The notes below the pieces were generated by a model, which had not been told where the DNA came from, searched no databases, and worked only from the letters and a program-made list of their open reading frames with translations. A program made the translations under genes and the position numbers. 64,000 nt of DNA, taken from NCBI GenBank assembly GCA_010093815.1, contig ML996575.1. One strand, written 5' to 3'. This DNA comes from Pseudovirgaria hyperparasitica. Taxonomy: Eukaryota. This document shows, piece after piece, positions 1-14,741 of the stretch (position 1 is the stretch's first letter; every line of letters starts with the position of its first letter).

Positions 1-615
1 GTGAGGAGGTCAAGATACCAAGGGGTGGGAGTCATGAAAGGGGCACCACGTGTCAATACCACGAGTCTTTTCTGTATATAGCATTGCGAGGGGCGTTATT
101 CTTTTGTATGTGTGCGGTCCACGGGCCGTTCGAACTTTTCATAGTCAGATATTCGCAATACCAGGCAGGTCGTGATACCTTCCCCCTCCCCCTCCCAAGA
201 ACACGACTGCGCTACTCTGAGACTCTGAGATGATTCTTCATCGCTTGGGCCCTGAGCGCCTTTGTCAATTCGTGGTATTGCTGATCTACAGCTAGTAATG
301 GTCTACATTACAACAGCCTCGCTCTTCTCAAAGCGCAAAAAACTCCACATAGGTCGCCGCCTAGAAACGCTCAGATTCGTGTCGTCGTCGTTGTCGTCCA
401 TACTGTACACTCCGCGTGGCGGATTTTTCTAATGGTAAAAATGGTGTTGCTTCGTTCCCAGTCCTGCATCCCCGTTGCGCTGCGAGCGCGAATGCGGCGC
501 TTTTGATCATCTTTGAGTTAGTTTGGCGATAATTGTCGGCCACCTGCACACCCACAGACTGTAAAGCCTCTCCTAGGTCCTTTTCTTCAGCCTCTACTGT
601 TCTCTTACAGGCATC

Positions 616-2889
616 TCAACCCATCGTCCCACCCTGACTTTGTCTCCTGTTGCCATTCCTCACTCCCAACCTCATTCCCATCCCCAGGCTGCTCCCACTC
701 TTTCCGCTGTGTCCACTCTTTCCAGTCTTGTTAGTTCTGGGAGTCGTGCCATTCTTCGACAAGCGGGCAGTGCCCTCCATGACAAATATACCAAGATCTC
801 GGCCTCTTACGCTCTCCAGGTCACCCCTACATGAACGACAGATGCGGAGCGCACACCATGCGCATGAATATCTCTCCTCGATGCCCTCGGAATAACATAA
901 CATACATGGCACGGGTGCGTACGTATTTCTGCTAATATGAAACTTTGCGTGTTGGTGGAAGCAGTTTACGTGTAAGGCTGTGAGTGGAGGCGCGGTAGTG
1001 GTGGCAGGTCGAGAAGCGTTGAGTGAGGACAAATTCGGAAACGTGGAGGTGCGTGCGCCGATCGTGGTGGCTTGAGAGGAGTAGTTCTGTCGTGTTTGAC
1101 GTGGAGACGGCGACGGGGAGAGCACAGGATGAGACGGCGACAGATGGAGTGTGCGAGGGGGTAAGATGTCGTTGGGCGACGACGACGGCGATATAGAGGG
1201 TGATGGAGTGATTTTATTGAGGTACGCTTGTGCACTGTTTAATGCGGATGTTTTCTGCATATATTAGTCCTTCGTTCGTCTGTAGAAGAGCCCCGAATGC
1301 TCACCCTAAAAATGTCGAGGCCGGTGCTACTCTTGCCCCGTGAATGCATCCCCTGTCGTATGCTCTCTGCATCACCCGGCGGCGTGTCTGCACCAGTAGA
1401 TCTCGGACATGACACGCCATAGTCGGATGACGTGTCTTCACCGAGTGAAATTGCAGCGGGCAGGACGGGCGTGGGAGGCGAAGGCGGAACATAGTCTTCA
1501 GCAGCGCTATCGCTACCCGCAGACAGGGACGGCTCGCGTTGATGATCCGGGCTTGACTTGTGATGTATGACGGTCTGATCGGTGTTCTCAGTACGTGCCA
1601 CCGACGGAGCGGTATCTCTCGATATCCCAGTCGAGGTAGACTTGACTGTACCCACAGCCGGTTGTGTCGCACTCTGTCCAGACGTGATTCGGTTGCTGAT
1701 GTCCGAGAGCAAGCTCGACCGCGCAGGTTTCTGTTCCGGTTTTTGCCTCCGCAGACCTCTGGCCATGGTATCTGCCAGCGTTGGGCGTCCAGCAGAGGTG
1801 CCGGGGCGTGTTTTCAGCACAGACTTGAGTTGGCTTGACACGCTCTGCGATGCCATCGAGTCATCGCCGACAGCGCTACTGCTCTTCAGTGACGCTGTCT
1901 TGGACAGTTTGTTCCCCATCTCGTCCAACGTCTGCACCAGGCCCACTTCGCTTGTCCCTACTTGGTTCCTACTTGGGGCCTTGGGTGGGACTGGCGGCGG
2001 GAGGTCCCTGTCTGCGTTTGCGCGTTCTCCGCTGCCAACACGGCTAGATGAACGTCCTCGCTGTGGTAAATCTTGGGCAGGGTTGTTGGCGGGGCCTATG
2101 TCGACAGTCTCAAAGGGAAGATCTGAAGATGGCAAGATGGTGGTGGCGGTGGTGCCGTTTGATGACCTGAGTTTCAGCGAAGCGGGTTTCGAGGATCGCG
2201 ATATGGCACGGAAGGGTATGCTTGCGGGTGAAGACGGGCGGTTCTTGTCAACTGTGGCGGGTGTGAATTAGTCTTAGTCGAGGGAATGGTCCTATCCATA
2301 CAGTGAAGAGGTTGGGAAAGATGGGAAGAAAAGAGAGGAGGCGAAGACTGAAGCAGTTGAAAGTGATAAAGAACCTGCAGGCAAACCGGTACAGACACTG
2401 AGCAGCAGGGACTTTGATTTGAGTGAAGGGACGCGGGCTTGACGAGGTCGGGAAGTGAGAAGAAGGAAAGCCAAGCTGCAGGCACGATGGTACAGATCGG
2501 GGAGCAGGAGCGTCAAAGTGAACAATGTCCATGTCGTGCCATGCTATGCCATACCATGCCATGGGTCCACCATGCGCTGCGACACCCAACGCAGCCCCTT
2601 GCCCCACACTGCAATACCAGGACTGGAAAGTTGGATAGATGAAAAAGAAGAAGATTGGAAAGGCATACATACCTCTCAGGTGAAGAAGGCCCAGCATCGG
2701 TTTGGATTTCCCTTCCAGACCCGATGGCAGAAAGGGTTGACCGTGTTCTGGCGGTGGCGGCTCTGCGCTGTACAACACAGGCGACACGTCATCGATATAA
2801 TCCAGCTCGTCGTCCATGGCAAAATAGTCGTTCAGGATGGTACTGACGATATCCTCGCGGTTGACGGGTGGTTGAAGTAACGATGCCAT
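616..2889 (-). CDS. Fungal hypothetical protein, mostly disordered, with Cys-rich C-terminal putative zinc-binding module (3 exons)
   Basis: ORFs 2248..2889, 1239..2135 and 616..1260 join through GT-AG introns (gtatgt donor near 2672 to cacag near 2252; gtgagc near 1304 to atgcag near 1255). The C-terminus has CFHQH..APVPCMLC..YSCAWCALRICRSC. Confidence 0.7.
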
Positions 2890-4692
2890 CTCGCCTGCGA
2901 TCCGGCGGCTTGATGGTATTTAAGAAGTGTGCAAAAATAGATGGTTGATTCGAATAAACAGCCTCAATTTCATGCGTTGACTTTGGTCAAGTGCGGGCGC
3001 ATTGAATCGTGAAACTTTATCAGAAGTATTGAGGTCCGAGGTTTAGATGCCAAGATGGTGGTATGTTGGGGAATCCTGGGGCAGCGGTTTGAAAGAGAGT
3101 GTCTGTGTGGTGGTGACAAGCAAGCATATATCAAACGGGGAAAAAAGAAAGGCAGAGACTGGCAATGGCAGTTGCTTGGACGGAAAAGGAATCGAATGTC
3201 AAGATGGTAATTAACGAGCTGATGGACGAACGACGAACAAAGGAAATGCAGGACAGCGCGGTAGGTATCAGGTGTCAGCAAGAAAAGTGAAGAAAAAGCA
3301 GAGAGTCAAGGTGGGAGTGCGAGGGAGGAGGACACGAGTACTGTAATCAGTTCGAAACGCGAGCTCCACGCGTAAATAGACCTTCAATCTTCCAGAAGCC
3401 CGTCAGGATGAGCAAGACGAATATGGAACGCGAAGAGATCAAATATCGCAAAGTCAAAAGAGCAATGTCGCGAGACACACTCACTACAAGAAGAGATCAC
3501 TCTCGCAGCACAGCAGGACTGAAGTAGACATCACATTCACACATATTCGCCGACAGAATAGCCTCCTCCGTGACGCATCGCTCGTAATAATAGCAGCGAT
3601 GACGGACATGATAGGGAATATACGTGGTTCCGGCAGGGATAGCGGAGGATGCTGAAACTTGACCTGTCCCACATGATGGTCAGCCCTACGATGTTGCGAT
3701 CCAAGCGGCGGCGGGGAGGTCAATGAGCGATATACACTGCCTCGATTAACTTGGAAGAGTTGTGAGCAGTGGGACGTCTTTGAGTGATTAAAGATAGACG
3801 ATGGTGGGAAAGATGGCGGAGAGCGAGTGGGGAACAACAGAGAAGTGAAGAAGAAGAAGGGAAGTAGAGGTTGGATAGAGGGACAAAGGGGATAACCCGT
3901 CACGATTGCGCAGATCGAGGACCGACCGACCCATAGTAGTGAGGGCCGCGGGCATCTCATCTCATCAACATGCACGAACTGTTAATTACATTACCGGTCA
4001 CTTTCTCAAGTCGTATGTATCCTGTAAACCCCCGAAAGAAGACAGTTCCGCCTATCAGCAGATCTAAAATATGGCTAATCAATTCTCCAGAGTCAGTCGA
4101 CAGTCACGACACTAGCGACGACGACGGGAGATGAGCATGAAACCTGCATCTTTAGATCTTGACCCGCAGGACGCTACGTCTCATCTCATCTGCCCCTCGA
4201 CGTTTCAGACATCCGGGGGCTAGAGAAAGGCACCGGCAGCTACTTTAACCACTTTAGCTGTCCATGGCGGCTGGCCTGCAAGAATAATCCCATATGTGTA
4301 TTCCCGCCTTGCCTTTCAACTGTAATTACTTTGCAACTAATAATGATGCCATACCCATCGCATGCATCAGATGCCATTGCTCATCACGATGGACACAGGT
4401 ACTAGTCAGCAGCCTGCCCAGCCCTCCGGCACAGTCTCTACCTAAGCTACCTCTACCAAGATATGCCCCTACACCGCCACAGACCAAAGATATCAACACC
4501 TCCACATACACACCACTTATCAATCATAACATATCCATAGTAAAGACAAGTATAGTAATTCCTCACGACGCAAGGAGGACTCTTCACTCACTCACTCACG
4601 CACGCACGCATGCAAGTCCCATGGGCCAATTGATACAATGAATAATAAGAGGGTCTAGCCTCCCTACAGCGTAACTATTATGTACAGTAATT

Positions 4693-4810
4693 ACCTGCCA
4701 CTAATACCTGCCACTAGCAATCGCGCCGGCCAGGAACAGCCGCGATTAGCTGCCCTAGCTGCCCTGTCTAGCTGCCCTAGCTGCCCATGCTACTCTGGCT
4801 GCCCTGGCTA
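4693..4810. repeat. Short tandem repeats (tacctgccacta x2; tagctgccc-like x5)
   Basis: Directly visible: ttacctgccactaatacctgccactag and tagctgccctagctgccctgtctagctgccctagctgccc...ctggctgccctggcta. Confidence 0.7.
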
Positions 4811-5919
4811 GTCAACCAGCTAAGCAGCAGCTAGCCAGGAACGCGTGGCATTGGGTGGTCGATGACTAGGTAACAACTGATGGGTATATTATATACACAG
4901 CCAAATACTATAAATACACAAAACACACAGATAATCCACACAGACGCACCCAGACACAGACACACATAAGCACATTGACAAGATAATGATAAGGCTAGCA
5001 GAGAACGTGTTCTGGATGACATACATACCATGCCGTAATACTGTACCTGGTAACTCCAATCTATCTATATACATCCTAAAATACATAATCCATCAATCAA
5101 TTAATTACTCAAGAAGGATTCGTTGGCCCGGTGCAGGTTCAGGTTCAGGTCAACAGCAGGTAGTAGGGATCTTGCATTATTGCCGCATGTCGCTGCCGTG
5201 CACGTTGCGTGATTGCGTGCGAGCTTCGAGGATTGCTCAGGCCTCAAGCTCGACCTGGCGTGCACCAGAGTAGTCAGTAACTAAGGAATAGTCAGAGTAC
5301 CCAGTAGTCGTAATCGGTAGTCACAGTCGGTAGTCAGGACGCTGCAGGCATGTCGAGTGCTGATGACAAGGTATTATTATCGATATATATGTCCGAATAT
5401 CTCTCAAGTCTACATCGTTACAACAAAGATGTAGGATCCCACAAAGACCCACGAGGCCCCCTATCCCGGGTCTGTACATGAAGAAATGCTCGTGGTATCG
5501 TCCGTCATCGGTGCGCCCCGCCCCAAGTGCTATCTCGGGGTGTCGTCTTGAAATAGAGATTAAGAGTTACTAAATAAAACTACTTTTAGTCGTGTGCTTG
5601 AACCGCTTAGATTCATGCCAGTAGAAGGTGGCCGGTCCGTGCATATCTGTCTTGTAGATGCCAGCCGTGTGGATGACGCGGGGGTATAGTCGCGACGCTG
5701 CCGTATGCAGTATGTAAGCATCTTTGCGATGATGCGTGGTGCTGTGGTAGCACTGCCATGTGCGGAGTGTGTTGCCCTATGATGGAACGAGACGGGGGTT
5801 GAGGTTGTCGTCCAAGGAGGAGGCGATGGGTGTATTGGAGGCTCTGATTCAGATGCTGCCGGGTGCTAGTAGTGATACTGATGAGGGTGATAATGTTGAG
5901 ATAGCGTGGTTGAGTGTCA

Positions 5920-7225
5920 TTATATGAATAGTGCCAGCAGGGTGACTGCAAGGGCTAGTAACGGTGCGCTGCCTCCCACGATAGGCTGTGCTCCAGAAAG
6001 TTGTGCAATGGTCGCGTTTACAAAGCTGGGGCCGCAGCCCAGGTTGATCTGGCCAGCAGCGGCAACATATGTCTTACTCAACGGCTGTGTTTCGTTCGCG
6101 GCTGCAACATCAAACACAGCCATTGTGTCCGTCAGACAGGAATTACATGTCGGTCTTGAGCCACCAGGCATGTTTGTGCCGAGCGGGAGGTAGTATATGT
6201 ACGAGTCGTCGGCAGCGTCTGCCGAGTCGTTCGTTATGGCGTTTGCGAAACAGTAGTTTCCTTCCTTGTCCTTCATACAGCCAGCTGCATACAGTGGCTG
6301 GTATGCGATGAGACCGCTCAGCGCTTGTGTGACTGAGGGGTTACCCAACTCGAGGTCAGCTCCGCAGGCTGTGTCTTTCGGTATTTCCTGCGCCAGATGG
6401 TCCATGAGCGACGAGCATTGTTCATAGTCTACGTTGCATGTCGCATCGAGTGTTTGTGTGACGCGTAGGTTGGTCTTGGTGGCATCGAAGAAGGAGACGG
6501 AGTTCTGGGTTGGATTAGCAATGCCTCAAGAGTGTACAGGTACGGTAGCCTACATATAGGAGCAGCGACAATGGTGTGCATGATTGGAAGGTCGCATTGT
6601 TTAGGAATGCAACAAAGAAGTCGGGACAGCTCTGCGCTGTGAAGTTGTTTCCCAGACTGGTATCGAAGGGCATGGGGATCGCTGTGAGACTCGAGTCGGG
6701 AGCGTTGCTGGTCGCAGACGGCGTCGAGTTCTCGGTAGGTGTTGGTGTAGCGGAAGGCTCGGACGGTTTATCCTCCGCGTCTTCGTCTGTTTCTTTCCGG
6801 AGGGCAAGATGGAAGGCTTGGGGAGCAGATCCGGTGGAGCGATCAACCAACAGATGGCCAAATTGAGCGGAGATGGCACGCGAATGTCGATCAGCGTGTA
6901 CCCTGGACAATGCGGCGGTGGTACTGTCGGCCAAGATGGACAGGAGAACAAGAAGAACGAAGGGAATGAAACGAAGGGATTTCGTGGTCGATCGGATCGA
7001 GAGAGCAGGCCGAGTGTGCGATTGAATGAGTGACTGAGGGGATTGAGAAGAGACAGTGTTTGCAGTAGTATTAGTAGCAGTATTAGAAGCAGATGCGAAG
7101 GCGAGAATTAATGGTTCGGGAAGCAGAGTCTGGTGCGACGGCAGACCAGCATGAGAGTTTGGCCTAAGCGTTGTACCCTGTCGGCATGCGGTGTCATTGC
7201 ACGACTCGGCGTCCGGACAGCTCAT
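5920..7225 (-). CDS. Secreted, probably GPI-anchored Cys-rich protein (DUF7729-like), 2 exons; true start uncertain
   Basis: Hydrophobic signal-like segment FIPFVLLVLLSILA, Ser/Thr/Pro linker, PMPFDTSLGNNFTAQSCPDFF..CTPLSLLL, intron ~6505-6553, Cys-rich exon (ACGADL..GCMKD..YCF..PTCNSC..LGCGPSF) and a hydrophobic C-terminal tail. Confidence 0.8.
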
Positions 7226-10200
7226 GATTGAGAGGCACAAAATCCACCTCTGGCATCAAACATGACCAGACAAAGATGGGTTGTTCAAGAGCTGGGGAAA
7301 GGTGGAATAGTCGTATCGATGGTGATGGCTGTCCAGTCCGAGGGCGCGTGAGAGAAGAACAACAACGGGCAAGGGTCCTTATTATGGAAGCTGGTGGTTG
7401 GAGTTGGGAGTTGCAGCAGACCCGGGCTTTTGCAGGCTGACAGTTGCAAGGTGGTGCAGGTCGCTTGTCTACCGGCCGGCAGATATCACAGTCTGATGGA
7501 ATAGCAAGTGGTAAGGAACGTGGTACAAACGAGTGTAAGTAGAGGCGTGAAAAAAGTGTGAAGAGTAGAGAGATGAGAGTGAGTGAGTGAGTGTGAGACT
7601 GTAGATGGTTTTACGAATCCTTTCAGGTTACCTACCTACTACCTAATCACCTACATACATACCTACCGACCTTCCTGGTAGGTAATACTAGCCATGCCAC
7701 GATACTAGAACTATACCAACGCCTCCGAAGCGGCTCCACCGCTCAAAAGAAGTCTAGTTCTGCATCTACCAGACCAGAATAGGCGCACCGGCTTGGCTGG
7801 CTGGCGGTTCTGGCTGTGCCGTAATACAGATAAATTAATGAAAGCCCAAGAATAAGAACGAGAATGGTATGTGATTGTAGTGTATTAGCTGGTCCTTGAT
7901 CCACCGGAGTGCATAGCAGGGATAGAGTCAATGAGTAAACGGGGGTGATAGGAGGCTGATAGGAGGCTGATTGGGGGGAGCGGCTGCTTGTTGGCTCGGG
8001 GGGGCTGCTTGGGGACTTCTGGGGGCGCTGATTCGGGCAAATCGGGGGGGAGGGAAAAAGGGACTGGACAGCGGCATTCAGCCCGTCAACCCGCCAAAAC
8101 CAGCCAAAACCAGCCAAACCAGCTAAATTCCAAGCAATACAGCAGCCAAAATGCCAAAATGCAACTTGTCCCGTTTGTCCTTTCCCCCTTCCCCCTTCGT
8201 CCCTTTCTCTGGCCCCTGCCTGACTATTTGCGCTGCGTTCTAGCCCGTTCGCCCCTTCCCAATCCGGACTCGTTGCTGCCAAATACGGCTTCGGCCTTGC
8301 ACCGCTCGCCCCTGCCGGTTTGATTTGTGGCGTCGATCAATACTTCTCTCGCTTCCCTTTTCCATTCCATTTTCCAATCCCCATCTTCCCTCACCTCCAT
8401 CTACACAACATCATGACAACAATCACTGCCAGCCTTGCCATTAGCATTGAATCCCTCAATTAACTTCTGTTTGCACGCTCAACGCCTTCAAATCTCTCAC
8501 AGCAAAAGCATTTGCCTCTTGTCATGCTGCATTCCATCGTTCCGTTCCTAGCACGCATTCATAGCCTGCCTACCCATTAGCTATACACGTTCATGGGTGG
8601 ATGTAGTAGAGTGGATACACGCTTCGAGAGGAGTGCTCCAGTGGTTCCCGCCAGCCAGCAGCACGACTGGACTGGACTGTCCTTCAACGTTTAGTTTAAT
8701 TGCGTTATGGATGCCATTGTCCTGCTGCTGGCTGACGGGTCCACTTGTTGACTGGGCCGCATGCATTCGTCTGATTGGCCGGCCGGACTGACTTTCACTT
8801 GCACGCCAATTTGCATAATTACCAGTATCATTTTCTGCTATGCTGCCTGCCTGTAAGGTTCTCCACCACTTCGTCTTGTTGTCATCCATCAACAACGCCA
8901 TCAACATACCGCGTACGCCATCTACGCCGCTCTGTTCTTTTATCGAATCTAGACTACAACCTGCCTGTCCTGACGGGTGTGAGAGCCAATGGATGTCTTG
9001 CGCTTGTTTTCCTGCCACGGAGCCTCGAGCTGTTTTGAGGCGATTTCATATCCCTTACTCCAATAAGCCCAAAAGTGTACCTCGCCTAGTAATTACTGTG
9101 CGCTCGAATAAGATGTTTGCGTGATAGCGACTAAGTATACACATGAGTCACTGTCTGTACCGAGACTTGCAAAGGCCCGACTAAGGGGCGGCCTGGGTGT
9201 AGTCTATGCATGACTCGTGGTGATATAGATACTCCTGTCTAAAAGTCATCACTGTTGCGAATGGATGCATGACAGATTCCTCCTTCCTTCTGCACGAGAC
9301 CATATCTATGTAGTGTATTGTTTAGAAGGCCATGGACATGCCCATTCCAGCATCCACAGACTCTCAGTCCACACGCACTTCCATCCCCGCTGAAGCCCAA
9401 CGACGACAATCATCATCGCACCATGATGCTGCCCATCTGCGTATGTGTACATCTCCGCATGGCATCTATTGTCGCATCCATGATACCCACCAGTGAGGAG
9501 GTCCTCAAGTGTATTCATGACAGTGTCTATTTGAGTGCCGAATATCTCTCTCGTAGGCAAGGCGGGTTGAAAGGAAAGATGGTTGTAATAAATACTATCA
9601 GAGGTCACCATGACAAAGTGTCGGGTAGCGACCTGGATATATGTGATGGCTGTGTGGCTGGGGTAGATGTTGTGAATGTTGTGGTCTGCTTCATAGTGGA
9701 GTGTATTGTTGGACTTGATGCTTGAAGAGGGCTGTTATATACGTCAAGAATATGAATGCCGGGTAATAGTCAATCCCACCTATGGCAAAAGAACATACCC
9801 GCCAATCCATCTACAACCCGCCCTCAACTAGCATCTCCTAAAGCACCTATATGATTGAGTCACTTCGGTCACTTAGGACATAGAGCAATCGTGTCTCGGG
9901 AATACCCTCAGAAAGCTTCCTGGAAAAAAAGTAATCTAGGGGAAAAATGCGGGTCAGCTCTGCCCGGCAGTGCTCTGAAACCATGGGTCGTGCTGGTCGC
10001 GCTGGTGATGATGATGGTGATGATGATGATGATTGTCATTATTCGATATATCAGATGGACGAGTGGGATTTATATCTACATTAGTTCATGTATCAGCGAG
10101 CTTGCTCTCACATCGAAGACCAACACTATCGTTGAAGCCTACAAGAAGTGCTAAATACCATACCCCCAATAACATGACCGTCCACTCCACAAACAAACGC

Positions 10201-11304
10201 TCTTTCTCTCCGTACGCCCAGCTCCCATCAAAACATTCACCACCATCACCTCGCAGCACTATACCCCATCATCCCTCCTCCACGCTGACCACCACCATCA
10301 CAACAACACCCACCGGAACCACACAACAAACAACCCAGAACACACGCCATGCGTACGTCTCAGGTCGACAAGTCGACGACCCACCAACATGAACGTCGGC
10401 TTCATCTTTCTGCAGTCTGATCGCGTTGCCCTTTGAACCGCCGCATGTGGAGAGCATGAACAGGTTGGGCAGGGGAAGGGGGACGCTCATATATATACAT
10501 GAACACAGGTGCGCAGGTATATAGGTAGGTATACGTATCCTCCGCGAGTTCATAATGCCGGGTACGTCACACTGATATCGGGAGGCTTGCATGGAAAAAG
10601 GAGGCGTCAGTGAAAGGAGGTATACTACACCGTCACGGCGCTGCTTCTCGTCGGAGGGTTGCTTGGTACATGGTTTACACACTTCAGTTCAGTTCAGTTC
10701 ACATACTTCGCTTCACATCCTTACTGCACTGATCTAGCAGCACATGGATAGCCCGCAGGACAAGCAGAAAGCGGCACTCTCACAGCAACACACAGCAGAA
10801 GATTTTTTAGCAATAACGAAGGAAAAAAAAACCCCGTTGCAAATAGTGGTATCTCTAGCGACCGTCCCTGAACCCAAAAGAAAACCTTTGATCAGAGGGA
10901 AACAAAAGAAAAAAAAAGAAGCGCGTGGCATTCCCGCCATGTCCATGCGTGGAAGTATGGAAAAGGGAAAAAAAAAAAGAGACAAGTTCCCCCCCGACGC
11001 TGTTCGAGTCGTTCGTTGCCCCTGATGACAAAACGATTCTCCCAGAGATGGCCGACCGTTGTATTCGCACCGCCCACGAGTGTTGATAGCCTTAAAACGC
11101 GGCAAACAAAGTGTGCGAGAACATACATACATACATACATACATAGGAGAAGGGATATCAAACGTGAAAGGAGATACAACGTAGGTCGGAAATATACAGG
11201 AATTCGATACGCGATGCGGACGATGTGCGCAAAGCCACGCAGGGAGGTGCCTAGTTAGAGGATAAACGAAGAACGTAAAAAGGCGTGATGGAAAGGCAGG
11301 CTGC

Positions 11305-13129
11305 TCATCGAAACTCCAGCCGCTCGCCCACACGTCGACGGCGGCCGCGACTGCCGCCTTCGGGCCGCTGCGCCAGCACGTCGCGCAGCTGGGGATCGTC
11401 TTTGTCCTTGTCGATGTGATGCACCCTCACGTGTCTACACAGGTGGGGAATGCAGTCAGCGTTAATGCACGCACAGTCGACGACGACGAACGATAACGAG
11501 AAAAGAACTTTTCTTACCTCTGCAGGTTGTCTGGCCGAGGGTATTTGTGCTCACGGTCGGGACAGAACGGGCATACATAGCCAGGACTGTCGTGCACGAG
11601 GCCGTGACGGATCATTTCGTTCTTCCGCTTGAAGCCCTTGCCGCCCTCTGCTCGTGGACAGCTTGGCACGGGGCAGTAGTGCGGCCGGCTTTGCGAATGG
11701 ACGTTGGCGTGAGAGCTACATGTACACTGCATCAGTGATGGTCGTAAAGATGGTAGGGTATCACTCACTTCAGAAGATACTGAGTCTGGAAAGGTGGCGC
11801 GGTGCAGCCGGGAAACTCGCAGTTGAAGGCTCCACCAAGTCCCAACGACGGCAGCGAGTGCAGGCTTGTAGGTTGCTGCTGGCCCTGCGTGTGTGGCGGG
11901 GGTAGTATAGGTCTCATTCCGTCCATGCTCAGTCGCTGCAGGTTGTCATTTGGTGATGGCTGTGAGGTGGGACTGAAGCTTTCAGAGCTCGAGGAGAGGA
12001 GGTATAGATTGCTGGTGTCGGATGGGTGTGACGGGCGCCGAGTCGTAGTATTCAACGTGATCTGTGGACCCTGACTGAAAGGATCGCGTGGGGAGAAATC
12101 GCCCTGCATCGTGCTGGGCGATGTATGGCTGCTGATCGAAGGAAGCCAAGTAGAGGTGGGAGAGACTTGGGAGCTGATGCTGAAGGTTCTTCTGGCACTC
12201 GTTGGTGACTGGCCCGCTCCGCCGGAGGGTGAAGAGATGGATGCACGCTGCTGGTTGAGGAACTGAACGAATGCATCGGCGTCCTTGTTCCTTGCAGCTG
12301 CTTCCGCGATATCGCTAAGTTGCCGGAAGCTTGGCAGGGATGGGTTTCTGGCTTCGGGGCTGTTGATGCTGGGGGTGGGAGATTGTGGCAGCTGGAATGG
12401 CGGGAGCGTGTTGGCGTAATCTATCGCTTGAGGGATGGATAAGGATCGCAGTCTTGAAGACATTGTAGAATCATGTCGCTCGCCGTCATGAAGCATCCTC
12501 CCATCTGTTGGTGAGCGACCGGGGGAGAAGTGCCCTTTCCAAGGCGGAGACATCCTCTGCTCGTTACATGTGTTTACCATGGCAACACCACTGATCAGGT
12601 TGCCGATCTCGGAGTCGTTCCGAGCTCGACTCATTGGAATTGGAGAAGTTGGAGATTGTGGATCCGAGACACGCCTCATGTCTAGTTGGAGAGCAGGAAT
12701 CTCGGAGCGCTTGACCGAGGCTTGGGCGATAGCTTTCTGTGCAACACTCACAAGATCAGACGAGCCTGGATCGATTTTCGGACCATCTGTAGAGTGTCGA
12801 TTGCGCCGCTGCTGGCCATGTCGTTGTTGCTTGGATGCGTCGTTTTCAGGTTGTGATGCTGAATCGAGCACCTCAGTCGCAGCAGTTCGAGCAATGTCCG
12901 GGTGGTCAGGACTCATAAACCCCAGCAATACTTGGTCGGCCTGACCAGGTGATGATGCACGATGGCTATGTCGTGTTGAATCGGTATGCTCAGTCACCGG
13001 ACAAATATAAGGGTTGAGGATGGGGAAAGGGGGTGGTGGTGACGGGGATGGGATAGCTTTGACTCTGACTGCTTCAAGCAAAGGTGACTTGTGAAGCCCG
13101 TCCTCGTCCGAATAATAAGAAGCATTCAT
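11305..13129 (-). CDS. C2H2 zinc-finger transcription factor (3 exons)
   Basis: Ser/Pro-rich N-terminus, then CEFPGC..FQTQYLL|NSHANVH, CPVPSC..GFKRKNEMIRHGLVH and CPFC..YPRPDNLQR|HVRVHH across two GT-AG introns. Stop TGA at 11305-11307. Confidence 0.9.
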
Positions 13130-14741
13130 TCAGAGCATCCGGACGGAGGCCAGGCGACTTTAGCCTAGCCTCTAAAAGTCAGGCTCGAGAAAGTGGAGAT
13201 GTGGAATGATGGACAGCCTGGACTTAGTGGTCAGTAGAGCCTCAGCGAAGCAGCAGAACCTTGGAAGGTTCCGAAACACCGAGTGGCCACAGACACCGAT
13301 CGCGATGCAGAGCGGTATTGCGGCACGACCACAAGTTTTTGTTGCAGGAGAGACAGGGCAGGAGACGTCATTGGAGGTGAGAGAAATGTGATAGTGTAGA
13401 AAGGGATATGTGGGTCCATGTATGGGATTCGGTCCTGCATGTCGGATAAATGGTCGGACGGCGGGGTATATCTCAAGCCCAAGACCTGGAGGTAGAAGGC
13501 AACGAGGCTATGAGAGGTGACAAATAACAGTATTACTAGGGGAAGAAGAAGATGATGAGAACAGACAAGTGAAGACTTGATAGAGAGAGAGAGAGCAGGT
13601 TGTAATTATTCACAGCTGAAAAGCATACATACCCGGTACAACGAGCGCTATAAGTTGAGCCTCATAGACGGGCGGGAAGGTTAGTGTCGATCGAAACGTG
13701 CTCGTATACGGACAGGGCAGAATGTGGCATTTGAGATAAGCCGAATCGCAGTCCCGAGCGAGCCACAACAGCGGTAGCAGGACACGCAGTCAGTCAGTCG
13801 GTCAGTCAGTCGGTCAGGTATGACAGCACAACGCTGAATGGGGTGGAGGTATGAAGTGAATGATGGCAGAACAGGCGAGGGTGTGGAAATTCGGAGCGAG
13901 GAGGCTCAGCGGCGCGGGGATAAGGTGGATAGGATGAGGTTGGTCTGTATTATAAGCTGCACGGAGCTGACAGAATAGGCGATCAACTTCCTTGCAGCGA
14001 AGAGACGCACGACAGAGGGCGCGTCGTGTAAAAGGGCAAGGATGGCGCAAGGCCAGGACAACAGAGAGTCGAGAGTTGAGAGTCGAGACAAATAAGGAGA
14101 AAGGATTGCGAACGGAGTTGCAGGAAGCAGCAGCAGTACATAATGTGAAGATGCGAGTGATGAGACGGCTTGAGGTGCGGGAGCGGCACAGCTTTGGACG
14201 AAGAGGCACAAGACAATGAGCCGTCCGTATCAGAGCATCCATCCATCCATCCATCCATCTGTTGCTTGTCCATCAGCATGCCGCCGCCGCCTTTTTTCCC
14301 TCTTCCCTTTTCCCATTTGTCGAGGGGCGGGCGCAAGGGCAGGTTATCCTCTCCGTTCTGCATCCACCTCTCGAGGACCCAGGTCCCACCCAGGTGTAGT
14401 AGATACCCCAGTGAAGTAGAAAGAGAGTGTAGAACCTGGCGTGCGCGAAGAAGAGAGACTCATCAGTGGAGTGAGGGCACGGAGCACAGCCTATAAGGTA
14501 GTAGGTTGTGGAGTCGACTCTATTATCGCCAGGGGGTCCTCACTAGTGTTTGTGTACTAATGATGTCCAAGTATGTGTGTATACTATATCTTGGGTGCAT
14601 GTCAAACCTTGGCTAATCGACGGACAGTGACATACTCGTCATATTCTCAACATATCATTCAACTTCGTCTTTACCTTGTGTATATATATATATATAAAGG
14701 TTTCGACGAGCACACAACCAACTAACCTTTAGAACAGATCA

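Noticed and set aside
1582..2271. 229-aa plus-strand ORF
   Set aside because: Antisense shadow of the minus-strand hypothetical gene.
7743..8323. Overlapping ORFs of 179 and 111 aa
   Set aside because: Low-complexity promoter-like DNA (cagccaaaa repeats, purine and pyrimidine tracts) with no protein-like motifs.
10734..11258. Several overlapping ORFs
   Set aside because: Fall in the 3' UTR region of the C2H2 gene, with poly-A tracts and a (CATA)n microsatellite.
11305..13129. C2H2 factor as the cluster-specific regulator
   Set aside because: It lies 12 kb away beyond core genes and appears to be a broadly conserved fungal transcription factor; no linking evidence.
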